A stretch of DNA of 64,000 nucleotides. Source: Candidatus Norongarragalinales archaeon. Its GTDB lineage: Archaea > Micrarchaeota > Micrarchaeia > Norongarragalinales > Norongarragalinaceae. Positions 18,531-28,492 of the stretch are shown here, piece after piece. The position numbers and the translations under genes were made by a program. The notes beneath the pieces are model-generated. The model searched no databases. It had not been told where the DNA came from and worked only from the letters and a program-made list of their open reading frames with translations. The DNA is taken from positions 320,001 to 384,000 of the forward strand of contig JAWABJ010000001.1 of assembly GCA_038884755.1 (NCBI GenBank), written 5' to 3'. The first letter of the stretch is position 1. Each line of letters starts with the position of its first letter.

Positions 18531-19814
18531 TCAGTATATCGGAAAGCGCTTGCACAGCTCGATTATTTCTTTCTTTACTTTCCGCCTTTCGCCAGTGTCT
18601 TCCTTCCTGTCGATGGTGCGCTGTATGAACTGCGCTACCAATTCCATTTCGCCTTCCTTCATTCCCCTGCTGGTCAAAGCGGGCGTTCCCATGCGCAATC
18701 CCGACGGGTCGTAAGGCTTGCGCGTGTCGAACGGAATCGCGTTCTTGTTGCACGTTATTCCCGCCTCGTGGAGCAAGTCTTCAGCCTGCTTTCCTGCAAT
18801 CCCCTTGTTCGTCAAGTCTATGAGCACAAGGTGGTTGTCAGTGCCGCCAGTAACGAGCGTAAAGCCGTAGTCCATCAGGCATTTTGCGAGCACGGCGCAG
18901 TTTTTCTTGATTTGCATTCCGTACTCTTTGAATTCTGGCTTTAGAGCTTCGCCGAGGGCGACTGCAATCGCCGCAGTCTGGTGGTTGTGCGGGCCTCCCT
19001 GCAATCCCGGAAACACCGCCCTGTCTATCATGGTGGGCAAGTATTTGCGCGAGCGTTCCGGCGGCGCTTTAAGCGGTTCTGAAGGCTCGCCGTCGCACGC
19101 TATCAACGCGCCGCGCGGCCCGCGAAGGGTCTTGTGCGTGGTGGTCATCACCACATCGGCTATTCCGAAGGGAGACTGGTGCGCGCCCGCGATTATCAAG
19201 CCCGTAATATGCGAAACGTCTGCAACGAGATACGCGCCGACGCTGTCCGCAATTTTCTTGAACTTCTGGAAGTCGAACTCTCGCGCGTAAGCCGTCGCGC
19301 CGCAAAAAATAAGCTTGGGCTTTTCTTTTTCAGCGATTTCGGCAATCGCATCGTAGTCAAGCCAACCGTCTTCCTTGGTCTTGTAAGGAACTGGCGTATA
19401 GTATTTTCCCGAGAAGTTCACGCTCCACCCGTGCGTCAAGTGCCCGCCGTAAAGCAAGTGCATTCCCATGAGCTTTTCGCCAGGCTCCAGCAGCGCAAAG
19501 CATATGGCCTGGTTTGCCGGACTGCCCGAGTACGGCTGCACGTTCAAGTGGGAAACGCCGAAAAGCTTTTTGCCGCGCTCTCGCGCTAAATCCTCGACTA
19601 CGTCGATGAACTCGTTTCCGCCGTAATACCTTTTCCCGGGATAGCCTTCGGAGTACTTGTTGGTGAGCACGGAACCGAGTGCGTCGAGAACGGCTTTGCT
19701 GACGTAGTTTTCGGAGGGAATCATTTCTAAGCCGTCTTGCTGGCGTTTGAGTTCGTTTTGAATTGCTGCATAGACTTCCGAGTCGGTCTTGTTCAAGCCG
19801 GTTTTGAAATCCAT
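18531..19814 (-). CDS. glyA: Serine hydroxymethyltransferase
   Basis: PSENY, NKYSEGYPGKRYYGG, TTTHKTLRGPRG. Confidence 0.97.
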   Translation of the reverse strand: MDFKTGLNKTDSEVYAAIQNELKRQQDGLEMIPSENYVSKAVLDALGSVLTNKYSEGYPGKRYYGGNEFIDVVEDLARERGKKLFGVSHLNVQPYSGSPANQAICFALLEPGEKLMGMHLLYGGHLTHGWSVNFSGKYYTPVPYKTKEDGWLDYDAIAEIAEKEKPKLIFCGATAYAREFDFQKFKKIADSVGAYLVADVSHITGLIIAGAHQSPFGIADVVMTTTHKTLRGPRGALIACDGEPSEPLKAPPERSRKYLPTMIDRAVFPGLQGGPHNHQTAAIAVALGEALKPEFKEYGMQIKKNCAVLAKCLMDYGFTLVTGGTDNHLVLIDLTNKGIAGKQAEDLLHEAGITCNKNAIPFDTRKPYDPSGLRMGTPALTSRGMKEGEMELVAQFIQRTIDRKEDTGERRKVKKEIIELCKRFPIY

Positions 19815-19925
19815 AGCCGTTCCACCCCATCTCTTCGCTTTTTTTCCCACAAGAAGGAAAGCATTAGCAGGGAAAGAATTTTTAATTCTCCCTTTGAACT
19901 GTTAGTCTAGATCGGCTCAGGCCGT

Positions 19926-20279
19926 TTGAACGGTGTTTTGCGGTTGAAGGAAGTTGCTGCGAAGATAAGGGCGTTGGGCCTCGAAGGCATAAATCCGTTG
20001 TACGAAGTTTCCCCGCCGCAAAAGTCCAAGACGTTTCACTCTATTTCCGGAATCAAGAAGATGGATTTGCACTTCAAAAGCTCGAAGGAAGATTTTGTCA
20101 ACCGGGCTGCAAGCTTGGTTGAATTGGCGTTGGGTGAAGCGGGCCACGCGCAACACGTTGAATGCCAAGCGTTGAGCCACGAGGGTTCGAAAAACAGTTT
20201 TTACCTTTCGCTAGCCGCGCTGACGCCGGAAGGCAGGCGCCGCCTGCTCGATTTGGAGCGCAAGATAGTGCACCATTGA
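19926..20279 (+). CDS. Hypothetical protein
   Basis: 117-aa ORF filling the gap between glyA and thyX. Confidence 0.5.
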   Translation: MNGVLRLKEVAAKIRALGLEGINPLYEVSPPQKSKTFHSISGIKKMDLHFKSSKEDFVNRAASLVELALGEAGHAQHVECQALSHEGSKNSFYLSLAALTPEGRRRLLDLERKIVHH

Positions 20280-20283
20280 ACGC

Positions 20284-21933
20284 TCATCCGTATTTCTTCT
20301 GCACTTCTTCAATCCGCTGGTCGGTCTTTTTTTCCGCTTCAATGCGTTCCAGCCCGTATTCCTTCAAATCGACAAATTTCATCTGTCCAGCGAGGAAAGG
20401 CTGGACTTTTTCCAATTCCCGGTACATTTTCTGGCACACGCGCCTGTAATCAGGATGCCCCTGCTGTGAAGTGCGTAATTCAACCATGTGGTAGACCTCG
20501 CGCAAATTCATCTTGAAGTGCCACCTAATTTTGTACGCCAAAGGCACGACATACTGCGCTTGCTTGGGCATTTTTTCGGCTATTCGCTTGTACGCTTCCT
20601 CCGCGGTTTCAATTGCCTGCCTGAATTGCGACAACACTCCGCATTCGATTATTTCGTTCGGAATGTCGTAGCCGAAACGCGTGGAGAGCAATTGCCTTTC
20701 CTGCGAGAGCATTCGGTGGCGCTGCAAATCGCGATAGCCCCCGTAGTTCGAGAGGATGTCGAACGTGTAGTACGCATGTTCCAAAGCGCGGCCGGGCTTT
20801 TGCCTGCGGTTTTGCCTTTTCTGAACGTATTCCGAGAAAACCTTTTGCTTTTCCACTTCGCCCATGCTTGCGACTTTCTCGCGGATTTGCGGCAAAGGCT
20901 GGTGCGAGTGGGAATAGAAAATTGCGGAAACAATTTTGTCCAACGCGTCTTCGTCGTAATCCACGAGCGTAACCTCGCCCGCCTGCGCTGGTTCTTCAGC
21001 CAGCGTTTCCCGCGCAATTTTTTCGACCGAAGCGCGGGTTTCGCGCAAGTACTGCTGCGTTGCCTGGCCGTACTTGTCGTTGCTTCTCTTGACGAACGAC
21101 GGGATTACTTTCCCCAATTCCGAATTCAACTCCCCCGCGATGTTCCTCATTTCGCGCAAGTCGCTCGCGAACATTTTCAAAATCAAGTATTCGAACGAAC
21201 GCCCGTTACCGAAAACGCCCATGTTGGTGAGCGTGGCTGCTGGCAGCAAGCCGCGCAGGGAATCGCAAGCTTTGGCTTTGACTGCCGAATTGTAAGCCCT
21301 GTCGCTCACGCCTTCCTCTTGCGGAAAGCTTTCTTTCACGAACGCAGTCATCGGCGCGACCAGAGAAGCGTAAGTGTCGAACAAAAAATCGCACGCTTGC
21401 ACGTATGCGTCGGCGTGTTGCGATTGCATGATGTCCGGCTCGCGGTAGTACGCGTACTCGCCTTTCTTGTTTTTCTTGTCGAACCAAACGTAGCGCGTGC
21501 TTTTCTCCAGGGGGCTCATTCCGATTCGCGGCTCTTCCAAAACTTTCGAGGCGATGTTGGAAACGTTTTCGCACGCCACGTGCGCTCCGCCCAATTCAGC
21601 AACGCTGTCGTCGCCGTACCCAACGAGCACGCGGTCGTAAAACTCTTCGGCCTTGCGGATGGCTACGTTTTGTTCCACTCCCGAGCCGGTTTGAAAGCCG
21701 ACTATTTCCTTAAATCCCATTTCCGGCTTCAAAATGAATTCGTCCAAAAGCACGCGGCGAAGGCTTTTATCGGTGCGCGAGTAGCGGGAAAACAGAGCGC
21801 CTTTCACCACTTCGGGCAGGTTTTTCAAGGCGAAAATGCTTTTGTCGGTGTTAGTAAAAAAAGGCTCGATGAGCTTGAGCTCTTCGTCCGTAAACTCGTT
21901 TTGCGTGGGGGAGTCTAGAGTGATTTCAACCAA
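20284..21933 (-). CDS. thyX: Flavin-dependent thymidylate synthase, tandem-domain form
   Basis: GYGDDSVAE, LEKSTRY, RDLQRHR, ELRTSQQGH; probable TTG start after GGTGG. Confidence 0.9.
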   Translation of the reverse strand: MVEITLDSPTQNEFTDEELKLIEPFFTNTDKSIFALKNLPEVVKGALFSRYSRTDKSLRRVLLDEFILKPEMGFKEIVGFQTGSGVEQNVAIRKAEEFYDRVLVGYGDDSVAELGGAHVACENVSNIASKVLEEPRIGMSPLEKSTRYVWFDKKNKKGEYAYYREPDIMQSQHADAYVQACDFLFDTYASLVAPMTAFVKESFPQEEGVSDRAYNSAVKAKACDSLRGLLPAATLTNMGVFGNGRSFEYLILKMFASDLREMRNIAGELNSELGKVIPSFVKRSNDKYGQATQQYLRETRASVEKIARETLAEEPAQAGEVTLVDYDEDALDKIVSAIFYSHSHQPLPQIREKVASMGEVEKQKVFSEYVQKRQNRRQKPGRALEHAYYTFDILSNYGGYRDLQRHRMLSQERQLLSTRFGYDIPNEIIECGVLSQFRQAIETAEEAYKRIAEKMPKQAQYVVPLAYKIRWHFKMNLREVYHMVELRTSQQGHPDYRRVCQKMYRELEKVQPFLAGQMKFVDLKEYGLERIEAEKKTDQRIEEVQKKYG

Positions 21934-21992
21934 AAACCCACCTGTTGCCGTCAAGCGGAATAATAAAGCCGCAAATCATAATAAACGTTGCT

Positions 21993-23222
21993 ATGGCTTT
22001 TTCCTACTCGCAAGCCGTTGCTTTCCTTGAGGGCTTGGAAACGCCTGAAGAATGGCGTTTGGAAAGAATGCGCTTGCTAGCTCGAAAGGCGGAAATAAAC
22101 TTTTCACGCTTGCGTTTCGTCCATGTCACCGGATCGAATGGAAAGGGGAGCGTTTGCGCCATGCTCTACTCCATCTTGAGGCAAGCCGGGTTTTCAACCG
22201 GATGCTACACTTCACCCCATCTTGTAGACTGGCGCGAGAGGTTTTTGCTCGACGGAAAACTAATTTCGCAAAAAGAGTTCGCGCGGTTGTTGGAGCGGAT
22301 AATGCCTGCCGTTGCCGCAACTAAAGCAAGTCAGTTCGAAGCGCTTACTGCAATGGCATTGCTTTGGTTTTCGGAACGCAAGCCGGATTGGGTGGTTTGG
22401 GAAGTGGGTTTAGGAGGGAGGCTCGACGCGACTAACGTTGTCAATGCAAAATTCGCCGCAATCACTTCCATATCGCTCGAGCACACCGAGCGTTTGGGGA
22501 AAACGGTTGAAAAAATCGCTTGGGAAAAAAGCAAGGTAATCAAGCCAGGTGCTTTCGTCGTAACATGCAATTCGGGTCCGGCGTTGAAGGTCATAGAGAA
22601 AGAATGCAGGGAGAAAAACGCAAGGCTGGTTAAAACACGAACGCCTTTGCGAGTTGCCTGCAGCGCAAGCGGAACGAAGTTCGTTTATCGCGGGAAAACG
22701 TGGAAGGCGAGCTTGCTTGGGCTGCATCAGGCGGAAAACGCCGCTATTGCGATAGAACTTGCTAAAGCAATGGGCTTGCGCAGTTCCGCGATTGCAAGCG
22801 GGGTGGCTAACGCGAAGTGGCCGGGAAGAATGCAGATGCTCTCGAAAAAACCGCTCGTGGTTTTGGACGGCGCCCACAACCCCGCCGGAATCGAGGCTTT
22901 GGCAAATTCTTTCCAGAAAATTTTCGGCCCGCATCCAGTGCTGGTCGTGGGAGTAATGAAGGACAAGGATTGGCTCAAGATGGCCGCGATTTTGCAGCGC
23001 AAGCTCAAGCCTTCGGCGGTGATAGCAACTCAGCCAAAAGGCGGCAGGAGCTTGGACGCGGGCGTCCTGGCTTTGCGCTTCAAAAAACTCGGCTCGAAAG
23101 CTTTCGCGGAAAAGCACGTTGAAAAGGCAGTCGAAATCGCGATGCAGACGGCGGTTGAGGAAAAAAAGGGGGTTTTGGTTTGCGGCTCTCTCTACACCGT
23201 AGGCGAAATTCTCGCCAGGTAG
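21993..23222 (+). CDS. folC: Folylpolyglutamate/dihydrofolate synthase
   Basis: HVTGSNGKGS, YTSPHL, EVGLGGRLDATN, DGAHN. Confidence 0.95.
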   Translation: MAFSYSQAVAFLEGLETPEEWRLERMRLLARKAEINFSRLRFVHVTGSNGKGSVCAMLYSILRQAGFSTGCYTSPHLVDWRERFLLDGKLISQKEFARLLERIMPAVAATKASQFEALTAMALLWFSERKPDWVVWEVGLGGRLDATNVVNAKFAAITSISLEHTERLGKTVEKIAWEKSKVIKPGAFVVTCNSGPALKVIEKECREKNARLVKTRTPLRVACSASGTKFVYRGKTWKASLLGLHQAENAAIAIELAKAMGLRSSAIASGVANAKWPGRMQMLSKKPLVVLDGAHNPAGIEALANSFQKIFGPHPVLVVGVMKDKDWLKMAAILQRKLKPSAVIATQPKGGRSLDAGVLALRFKKLGSKAFAEKHVEKAVEIAMQTAVEEKKGVLVCGSLYTVGEILAR

Positions 23223-23226
23223 GAAA

Positions 23227-25149
23227 TCACTTTTTCTTGGCGGCCTTGAGTTTCGCCTTGCCGGCTTTTTCGGTTTTGAGCTGTTTGAAATAGCGTTCGT
23301 GCAGCACTTCCCAGTTTTTCTCGCTTATTTCCCCTCGCATCAGAAGCTCGTCGAGCTTCTCGATTTTTTCGACTGCCGAAAGCGGTTCTTGCGCACCTCG
23401 CCTTTTCGACAGCCCGCGGACGAGCAACACCAGCAAAATCACGCCGAACAGCGTGAGGACCGCCAGGAGCACCACGCTCACGTCCGGCTGTTGGGGGAAG
23501 ACTTTGGTTTGGATTTTGAACGGTTCGCTTTCCTCGCCAGTTCCCGGAAACGAAATAGCCGGGGTTTCTTCCGACAGCGCCTGTTTCATCAGCGGAATGT
23601 TTTCTTCGAGCAGCGAGCTCAAGTGCTGGAGTTTGAGCGCATTTATCGTGAAAATGAATTCGTTAGTGCGGTTTGCCTGTGCGGTGCTGTAGAACGAGTG
23701 GATGAAATAATACCTCGCCCACACCGATTCCTTGAAGTCGTCCAAGTCTCTTTTCGAACGCAGGTTTTTGGAAAAGTCGCTGCCGATTTGCGTTTCGATT
23801 TTTTCTTGCGCTTCAGTCAGTGCTTTCGCGAACAAACCGTCGAACAGCGCCGTCGCATACTCCCCACGCTCGTAAGCGGAAACGGCGCCGGAATAATGCT
23901 GTTCGATTTCGGAATCAAGAAGATAGGACTGCGTTTGGTTGAGGGACTGTATCAAGTTCCAAGCTTCTTGCCTGACCGAATTTTGGTTGGCGTCAGTCGC
24001 GCCGCCGACGTTTTCGGCGATTTCGTTCATTTTCCTCGCCGCGTCCACCCAGTTTTTGGCGGCCACGTACTCGGTGTGAAGTTCGTCGATTCCGGCAAGC
24101 CCAATGTTTTTCTTTATGCCCTTGATTTTGTTCAAAGCCCAGTAATACCGAAGTTTCGCGCCGACGTTCCACTCGGCGTTTTCAACCGTCATTTTCCCGA
24201 AAGAGATTTTCTCCGCCTCGTCCTGCAGGTTTTGGACCAGCCGCATGAATTCAGTTTGCGTCGTGTTCTTGAGCTCCACGCTTTCCACCGAAAGTTTGGA
24301 AACGAAAACCAGGTTCGCCGCGGAGTAGTAATAACCCCTGCTTATCAAATACTCCGCTTCGGAAATGCTTTTGTTCACGCTTTCCTTCAGGATTTGGGAG
24401 TCTTCCCCTTTTTCCAATTCCTCCAGTTTCGCCTTCAAGACCGCAAGTTCGTCCAAAGCGATTTGCTTGAGCGGGTCGTTGGCCGGGGACTCGATTTTTT
24501 CCACTACCAGCGGCCCTTCCTCGAAAACCTGCGCTTCAACTTTCGAGCCGTCGCGCGTGAAAGCGTATTTTATCAAGTCCTTGACGTCCCTGACTTCGAC
24601 CACTTGCACCCCGAACTGTTCCGCCTCGAGGGCAATGTTCCTCCCCTGAGTTTTGCTCTGCCCTTTGGGAACCAAAAACAGCTTTACTTGCGTGCCCTTG
24701 AGCGAAAGGGCTTTTTCCAAAACGCCTCCCACCGTTCCCACGCTGCCGTCGCGTTCGATGCTTCCAGTAACCGCCAAATCGCCTCTCGGCTTGCGCTTCG
24801 TGAATTCGCTGTAAGCGAGCAAGGCCATTGCCGCGCCGCCGGAAGGCCCGTCCACAATCTGCGTTTGCGCTATCACTTTAAACAAAACGTCGTACTTGCC
24901 CAAGTTCACGCGGGCTTCGTCAGCTGCGATTTGCGCGGCGGTCTTGGCGCTCTGTTGCGTGTCGACCGAAATGAACGGCTCTATGTCTATGAACACCGCG
25001 CCGCTCCCGTTTATGATCCGCGCCTCGAACGTGGTCAAAACGCCCCTGCCGTTCGTGTCGACGGCCGGCGCTTTTATCGTGCTGAGGGCGAAAGCGCTGC
25101 TGGCCAGCAGCACCACGAAAACGGCGAAAAGCGAATTCCTCATTTTCAT
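23227..25149 (-). CDS. Secreted, membrane-anchored Lon-type (S16) serine protease
   Basis: Signal peptide; VDGPSGG (Ser) and VGGVLEK (Lys) dyad; helical region, TM and SHOCT-like tail. Confidence 0.85.
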   Translation of the reverse strand: MKMRNSLFAVFVVLLASSAFALSTIKAPAVDTNGRGVLTTFEARIINGSGAVFIDIEPFISVDTQQSAKTAAQIAADEARVNLGKYDVLFKVIAQTQIVDGPSGGAAMALLAYSEFTKRKPRGDLAVTGSIERDGSVGTVGGVLEKALSLKGTQVKLFLVPKGQSKTQGRNIALEAEQFGVQVVEVRDVKDLIKYAFTRDGSKVEAQVFEEGPLVVEKIESPANDPLKQIALDELAVLKAKLEELEKGEDSQILKESVNKSISEAEYLISRGYYYSAANLVFVSKLSVESVELKNTTQTEFMRLVQNLQDEAEKISFGKMTVENAEWNVGAKLRYYWALNKIKGIKKNIGLAGIDELHTEYVAAKNWVDAARKMNEIAENVGGATDANQNSVRQEAWNLIQSLNQTQSYLLDSEIEQHYSGAVSAYERGEYATALFDGLFAKALTEAQEKIETQIGSDFSKNLRSKRDLDDFKESVWARYYFIHSFYSTAQANRTNEFIFTINALKLQHLSSLLEENIPLMKQALSEETPAISFPGTGEESEPFKIQTKVFPQQPDVSVVLLAVLTLFGVILLVLLVRGLSKRRGAQEPLSAVEKIEKLDELLMRGEISEKNWEVLHERYFKQLKTEKAGKAKLKAAKKK

Positions 25150-25219
25150 TGTTTAAACACCTTGAGCACAGGAGTAAAACTGTCTGAAAATTAATAAGAC
25201 TTGGGTTTAATTCAATCTC

Positions 25220-25513
25220 TTATTTGCCCAGCGTTTTCTTCAAGGCGCGGAATTCGTTCTCGTTCATCAGTATCTTTACCGTTTCCTTATTTCCCATCAA
25301 GTCGTAATACTCGAATTCCACTTCCACTTTCCCCAGCGACGCCTTCGCGACGTCGCGGATTGCGGAAACCATGTTCCTGCCGATTTTCCTTCCGAAAGCC
25401 GTCAAGTCGTCTTCGTTGATTTCAATCCTGCCGATCCCGTCTTGGGTGGTGTAAGAAAAACTCCATTTGCCTTGCTTGTTTTCCGCCATCGTCGTTTTCG
25501 CCTCGTTTTCCAT
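25220..25513 (-). CDS. Hypothetical protein
   Basis: ORF of about 97 aa in the gap. Confidence 0.55.
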   Translation of the reverse strand: MENEAKTTMAENKQGKWSFSYTTQDGIGRIEINEDDLTAFGRKIGRNMVSAIRDVAKASLGKVEVEFEYYDLMGNKETVKILMNENEFRALKKTLGK

Positions 25514-25607
25514 TACGCGCGAGAGTATAAAAAACTCTGGCTTCAAAATAATTCCACGTGTTTTTCACTATTTGGTGTATTAACCTGTTTGATTGGTGGT
25601 TTCAAGA

Positions 25608-27041
25608 ATGCAATTGACGAAAGTTCGCAACGCAGTTTACGAATTCCCAGCTCAAGGGGAAATGCGCGTGCCCCTGCGCGTTTACGCCCGCGAGGAAATG
25701 CTTCCTTTGCTGCAGAAAGACCGGACGCTGTGGCAAGCGCAGAACGTAGCCACGCTCCCCGGGATTTTAAGGGCTTCGTTCGTAATGCCCGACGGGCACG
25801 AAGGCTACGGATTTCCGATAGGCGGAGTAGCCGCATTCGACTTGCAGGAAGGCGTGATTTCCCCTGGAGGCGTCGGTTACGACATTAACTGCGGCGTGCG
25901 CTTGATTCGCACTAACCTCACTGAAAAAGATGTTAAGCCCAAGCTTCGCGAGCTCATCGAGGCGTCTTTCAAAAACATTCCTTCAGGCGTAGGCTCGAAA
26001 GGGAGACTGCGAATGGACGGCCGCGAGCTTGAAGACGCAGTTACGACCGGCTCTCCTTTCGTGATTGAAAAAGGGTACGGCGTGAAGAAAGACGCGGCGC
26101 ATACTGAAGAAGGCGGTTCGATGAAAGGCGCTGATTTCTCGAAAGTTTCGCATGAAGCGCGCAAGCGCGGCGCTCCGCAATTCGGAACGCTAGGAAGCGG
26201 AAACCATTTTTACGAAATCCAGCGCGTGGAAAGAATTTTCCCGGGCGCAGAGGAAATGGCCAAGGCATTCGGGATTTTTCAAGGGCAAATAACGGTAATG
26301 ACGCACTGCGGCTCGCGAGGCTTTGGCCACCAAGTGTGCAGCGATTACTTGCAAGTGATGCTTAATGCTGCGGCGCGCGACGGGATTAAGCTTGTCGACC
26401 GGGAGCTTTCGTCTTCTTACATAAAGTCTAAAGAAGCGCAAGACTATCTCGGCGCAATGCGTTGCGCGATTAACTACGCTTTTTGCAACAGGCAAGTGCT
26501 GACCCACTGGACTCGCGAAAGCTTTGAACAAGTTTTCAAGAAAGACTGGGAGGCGCTCGGGATGGACGTCGTGTATGACGTCTGCCACAACATTGCGAAG
26601 TTTGAAAAGCATGAAGTGGAAGGAAAAGAACGCGAAGTGTGCGTGCACCGCAAAGGTGCAACGCGCGCGTTCTGGGCGGGGCATAAAGACGTGCCTGCCG
26701 ACTACAGGCGCGTTGGCCAGCCCGTGATTATTCCCGGCAGCATGAACACTTCTTCGTATTTGCTGTGCGGGCTGCCCGGTTCTGCAGAGAGTTGGGGGAC
26801 GGTTTGCCACGGCGCCGGACGAGTAATGAGCAGGCATAGCGCAATCCGCGAGTTCAAAGGGACTGTGGAAAAGGAATTGCAAGACAAAGGCATTATTTAC
26901 AAAGCGCAAGACCGGCATCTGTTGGCTGAAGAGGCGGGCGGGGCGTACAAGAACGTAGATTTGGTGGTTCAAAGCGTCGAGGACGCGGGGTTGGCGAAAA
27001 TCGTCGCGAAAATGATTCCTCTAGGCGTAGTGAAAGGTTAG
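25608..27041 (+). CDS. rtcB: RNA-splicing ligase RtcB
   Basis: MPDGHEGYGFPIGG, GYDINCG, GSGNHF, HRKGAT, HGAGR. Confidence 0.97.
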   Translation: MQLTKVRNAVYEFPAQGEMRVPLRVYAREEMLPLLQKDRTLWQAQNVATLPGILRASFVMPDGHEGYGFPIGGVAAFDLQEGVISPGGVGYDINCGVRLIRTNLTEKDVKPKLRELIEASFKNIPSGVGSKGRLRMDGRELEDAVTTGSPFVIEKGYGVKKDAAHTEEGGSMKGADFSKVSHEARKRGAPQFGTLGSGNHFYEIQRVERIFPGAEEMAKAFGIFQGQITVMTHCGSRGFGHQVCSDYLQVMLNAAARDGIKLVDRELSSSYIKSKEAQDYLGAMRCAINYAFCNRQVLTHWTRESFEQVFKKDWEALGMDVVYDVCHNIAKFEKHEVEGKEREVCVHRKGATRAFWAGHKDVPADYRRVGQPVIIPGSMNTSSYLLCGLPGSAESWGTVCHGAGRVMSRHSAIREFKGTVEKELQDKGIIYKAQDRHLLAEEAGGAYKNVDLVVQSVEDAGLAKIVAKMIPLGVVKG

Positions 27042-27044
27042 AAA

Positions 27045-27488
27045 ATGAATTGCGTTTTCTGCAAAATCGTTTCGGGCGAGTTCGATTCCGCGAAAATCTG
27101 GGAGGACGGAGAGTTCCTCGCAATCCTCGACTTGAACCCCAACTGCAAGGGAATGACGCTCGTGATGGCGAAAAAGCATTACGACTCTTACGCTTTCGAA
27201 ATGCCTGACGACGCTTACGCGCGGCTGATGGGCGCGTGCAAAACTGTAGGCAAGCTGCTTGATGCGAAATTGGGCACCGTGCGCACGGCAATGGTCATGG
27301 AGGGAATGGGCGTGAACCACGTTCACGTGAAACTCTATCCCTTGCACGGGATAGACCACGAGTTCCGCTCGATGGAAGCGAAAGAACGCGTTTTTTTTCC
27401 TGAATATCCGGGCTATATTTCCACGTTACTCGGCCCTAAAGCTGAATTGAAAGATTTGAAGAAACTGGCGGAAGAAATCAGGGAATAG
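27045..27488 (+). CDS. HIT family hydrolase
   Basis: CVFCKI at the N-terminus; VNHVHVKLYP (third His replaced by K). Confidence 0.85.
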   Translation: MNCVFCKIVSGEFDSAKIWEDGEFLAILDLNPNCKGMTLVMAKKHYDSYAFEMPDDAYARLMGACKTVGKLLDAKLGTVRTAMVMEGMGVNHVHVKLYPLHGIDHEFRSMEAKERVFFPEYPGYISTLLGPKAELKDLKKLAEEIRE

Positions 27489-27489
27489 C

Positions 27490-28383
27490 TTATTCGAATT
27501 CAACGCTGATTTTTTCTCTCAAGCGTTTGAAGAAAACATCGTTCCCAAACAATTTTTCAAACTGAGTTTTGTAGCCGTTGGTTATAACCCTAATTTTCAA
27601 ATCCACTCGGTTTTGCTTTTGTTTTATCGCATTGTAAAGCCAGTATGCGATTGAAGCAATCGCGCGTTCATTCCTGACGTTTCCGGCATTGTCAAAATCT
27701 ATTTCAACCGGAAACTCCTTTCCATGCTCTTCGCTTAGTTTAGAGTGAACGAGCGAATCCACGGGATGTAGGACTAGTGCGTGTGGCTTTTGCCCTTCCA
27801 AAAGTTCTTTTCGTTTTTTTGGAGGAAATTTTTGCCCTTCAACCACGAAAGACTCTCCGACAACATTCTCCAACCCTTTGCTTGCGGCAATTATCCTTAC
27901 CTTTCCGTCAGCCAAGTGAACTTGCCCGCTTACGAATGGGTTTCCAGAAAGTTTTCCGGCATGTTTTTTCGCCCTTTCCTCTGGGTTTTCTGCAACATCC
28001 CTAAAAACGTCGTCCCACTTCCAGTAGTGAGAATGAATGTAGTCTTTGATATTTCCGCGCGTCAAGCCCAACTCGTTTTCGAGGGTTTCAAGGATTTCCC
28101 CCTCATGATGAGTAACGCCTGTAGCACCGCAATCTGGTTCCAAGTGTGAGAGATTGACTTGAAGGCCGAACTTGTACGGGCCGCCCGGCAAGGGATGCGG
28201 TTCATTCCCCGCGTTATGCCCCAAGCTGATTTCAGCTCTTCCAGATATTGGAACTCCAACTGCGTTCAAGCCGCATAGCAGTTGTTTCAAAACACTTCCC
28301 CTTCCAACTACCATTCTTGAGTCGGAACAGCATTTGATTCGAACTTCCCTGAATTCCATATGATCTAAATTCACCTTTTCCAA
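27490..28383 (-). CDS. Divergent beta-carbonic anhydrase-like protein with two repeats
   Basis: CSDSR, HNAGN, H....CGA; second repeat GQKPHAL..DS, NAGNV..ASIAY. Confidence 0.55.
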   Translation of the reverse strand: MEKVNLDHMEFREVRIKCCSDSRMVVGRGSVLKQLLCGLNAVGVPISGRAEISLGHNAGNEPHPLPGGPYKFGLQVNLSHLEPDCGATGVTHHEGEILETLENELGLTRGNIKDYIHSHYWKWDDVFRDVAENPEERAKKHAGKLSGNPFVSGQVHLADGKVRIIAASKGLENVVGESFVVEGQKFPPKKRKELLEGQKPHALVLHPVDSLVHSKLSEEHGKEFPVEIDFDNAGNVRNERAIASIAYWLYNAIKQKQNRVDLKIRVITNGYKTQFEKLFGNDVFFKRLREKISVEFE

Positions 28384-28492
28384 AAATTACAAACTCAATT
28401 TTGTCGGCAAATTTTTTAATAGTACCGTTCTTCCAAGCGAAATCGTTTAAAGCGGAAAGAAGCTTATTTTTACCGGTGGGAACATAGCCGAT

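Noticed and set aside
23299..25194. Long antisense ORFs (also 20488..21918, 52957..54696, 57984..59378)
   Set aside because: These are shadow frames opposite well-supported genes and have no protein motifs.
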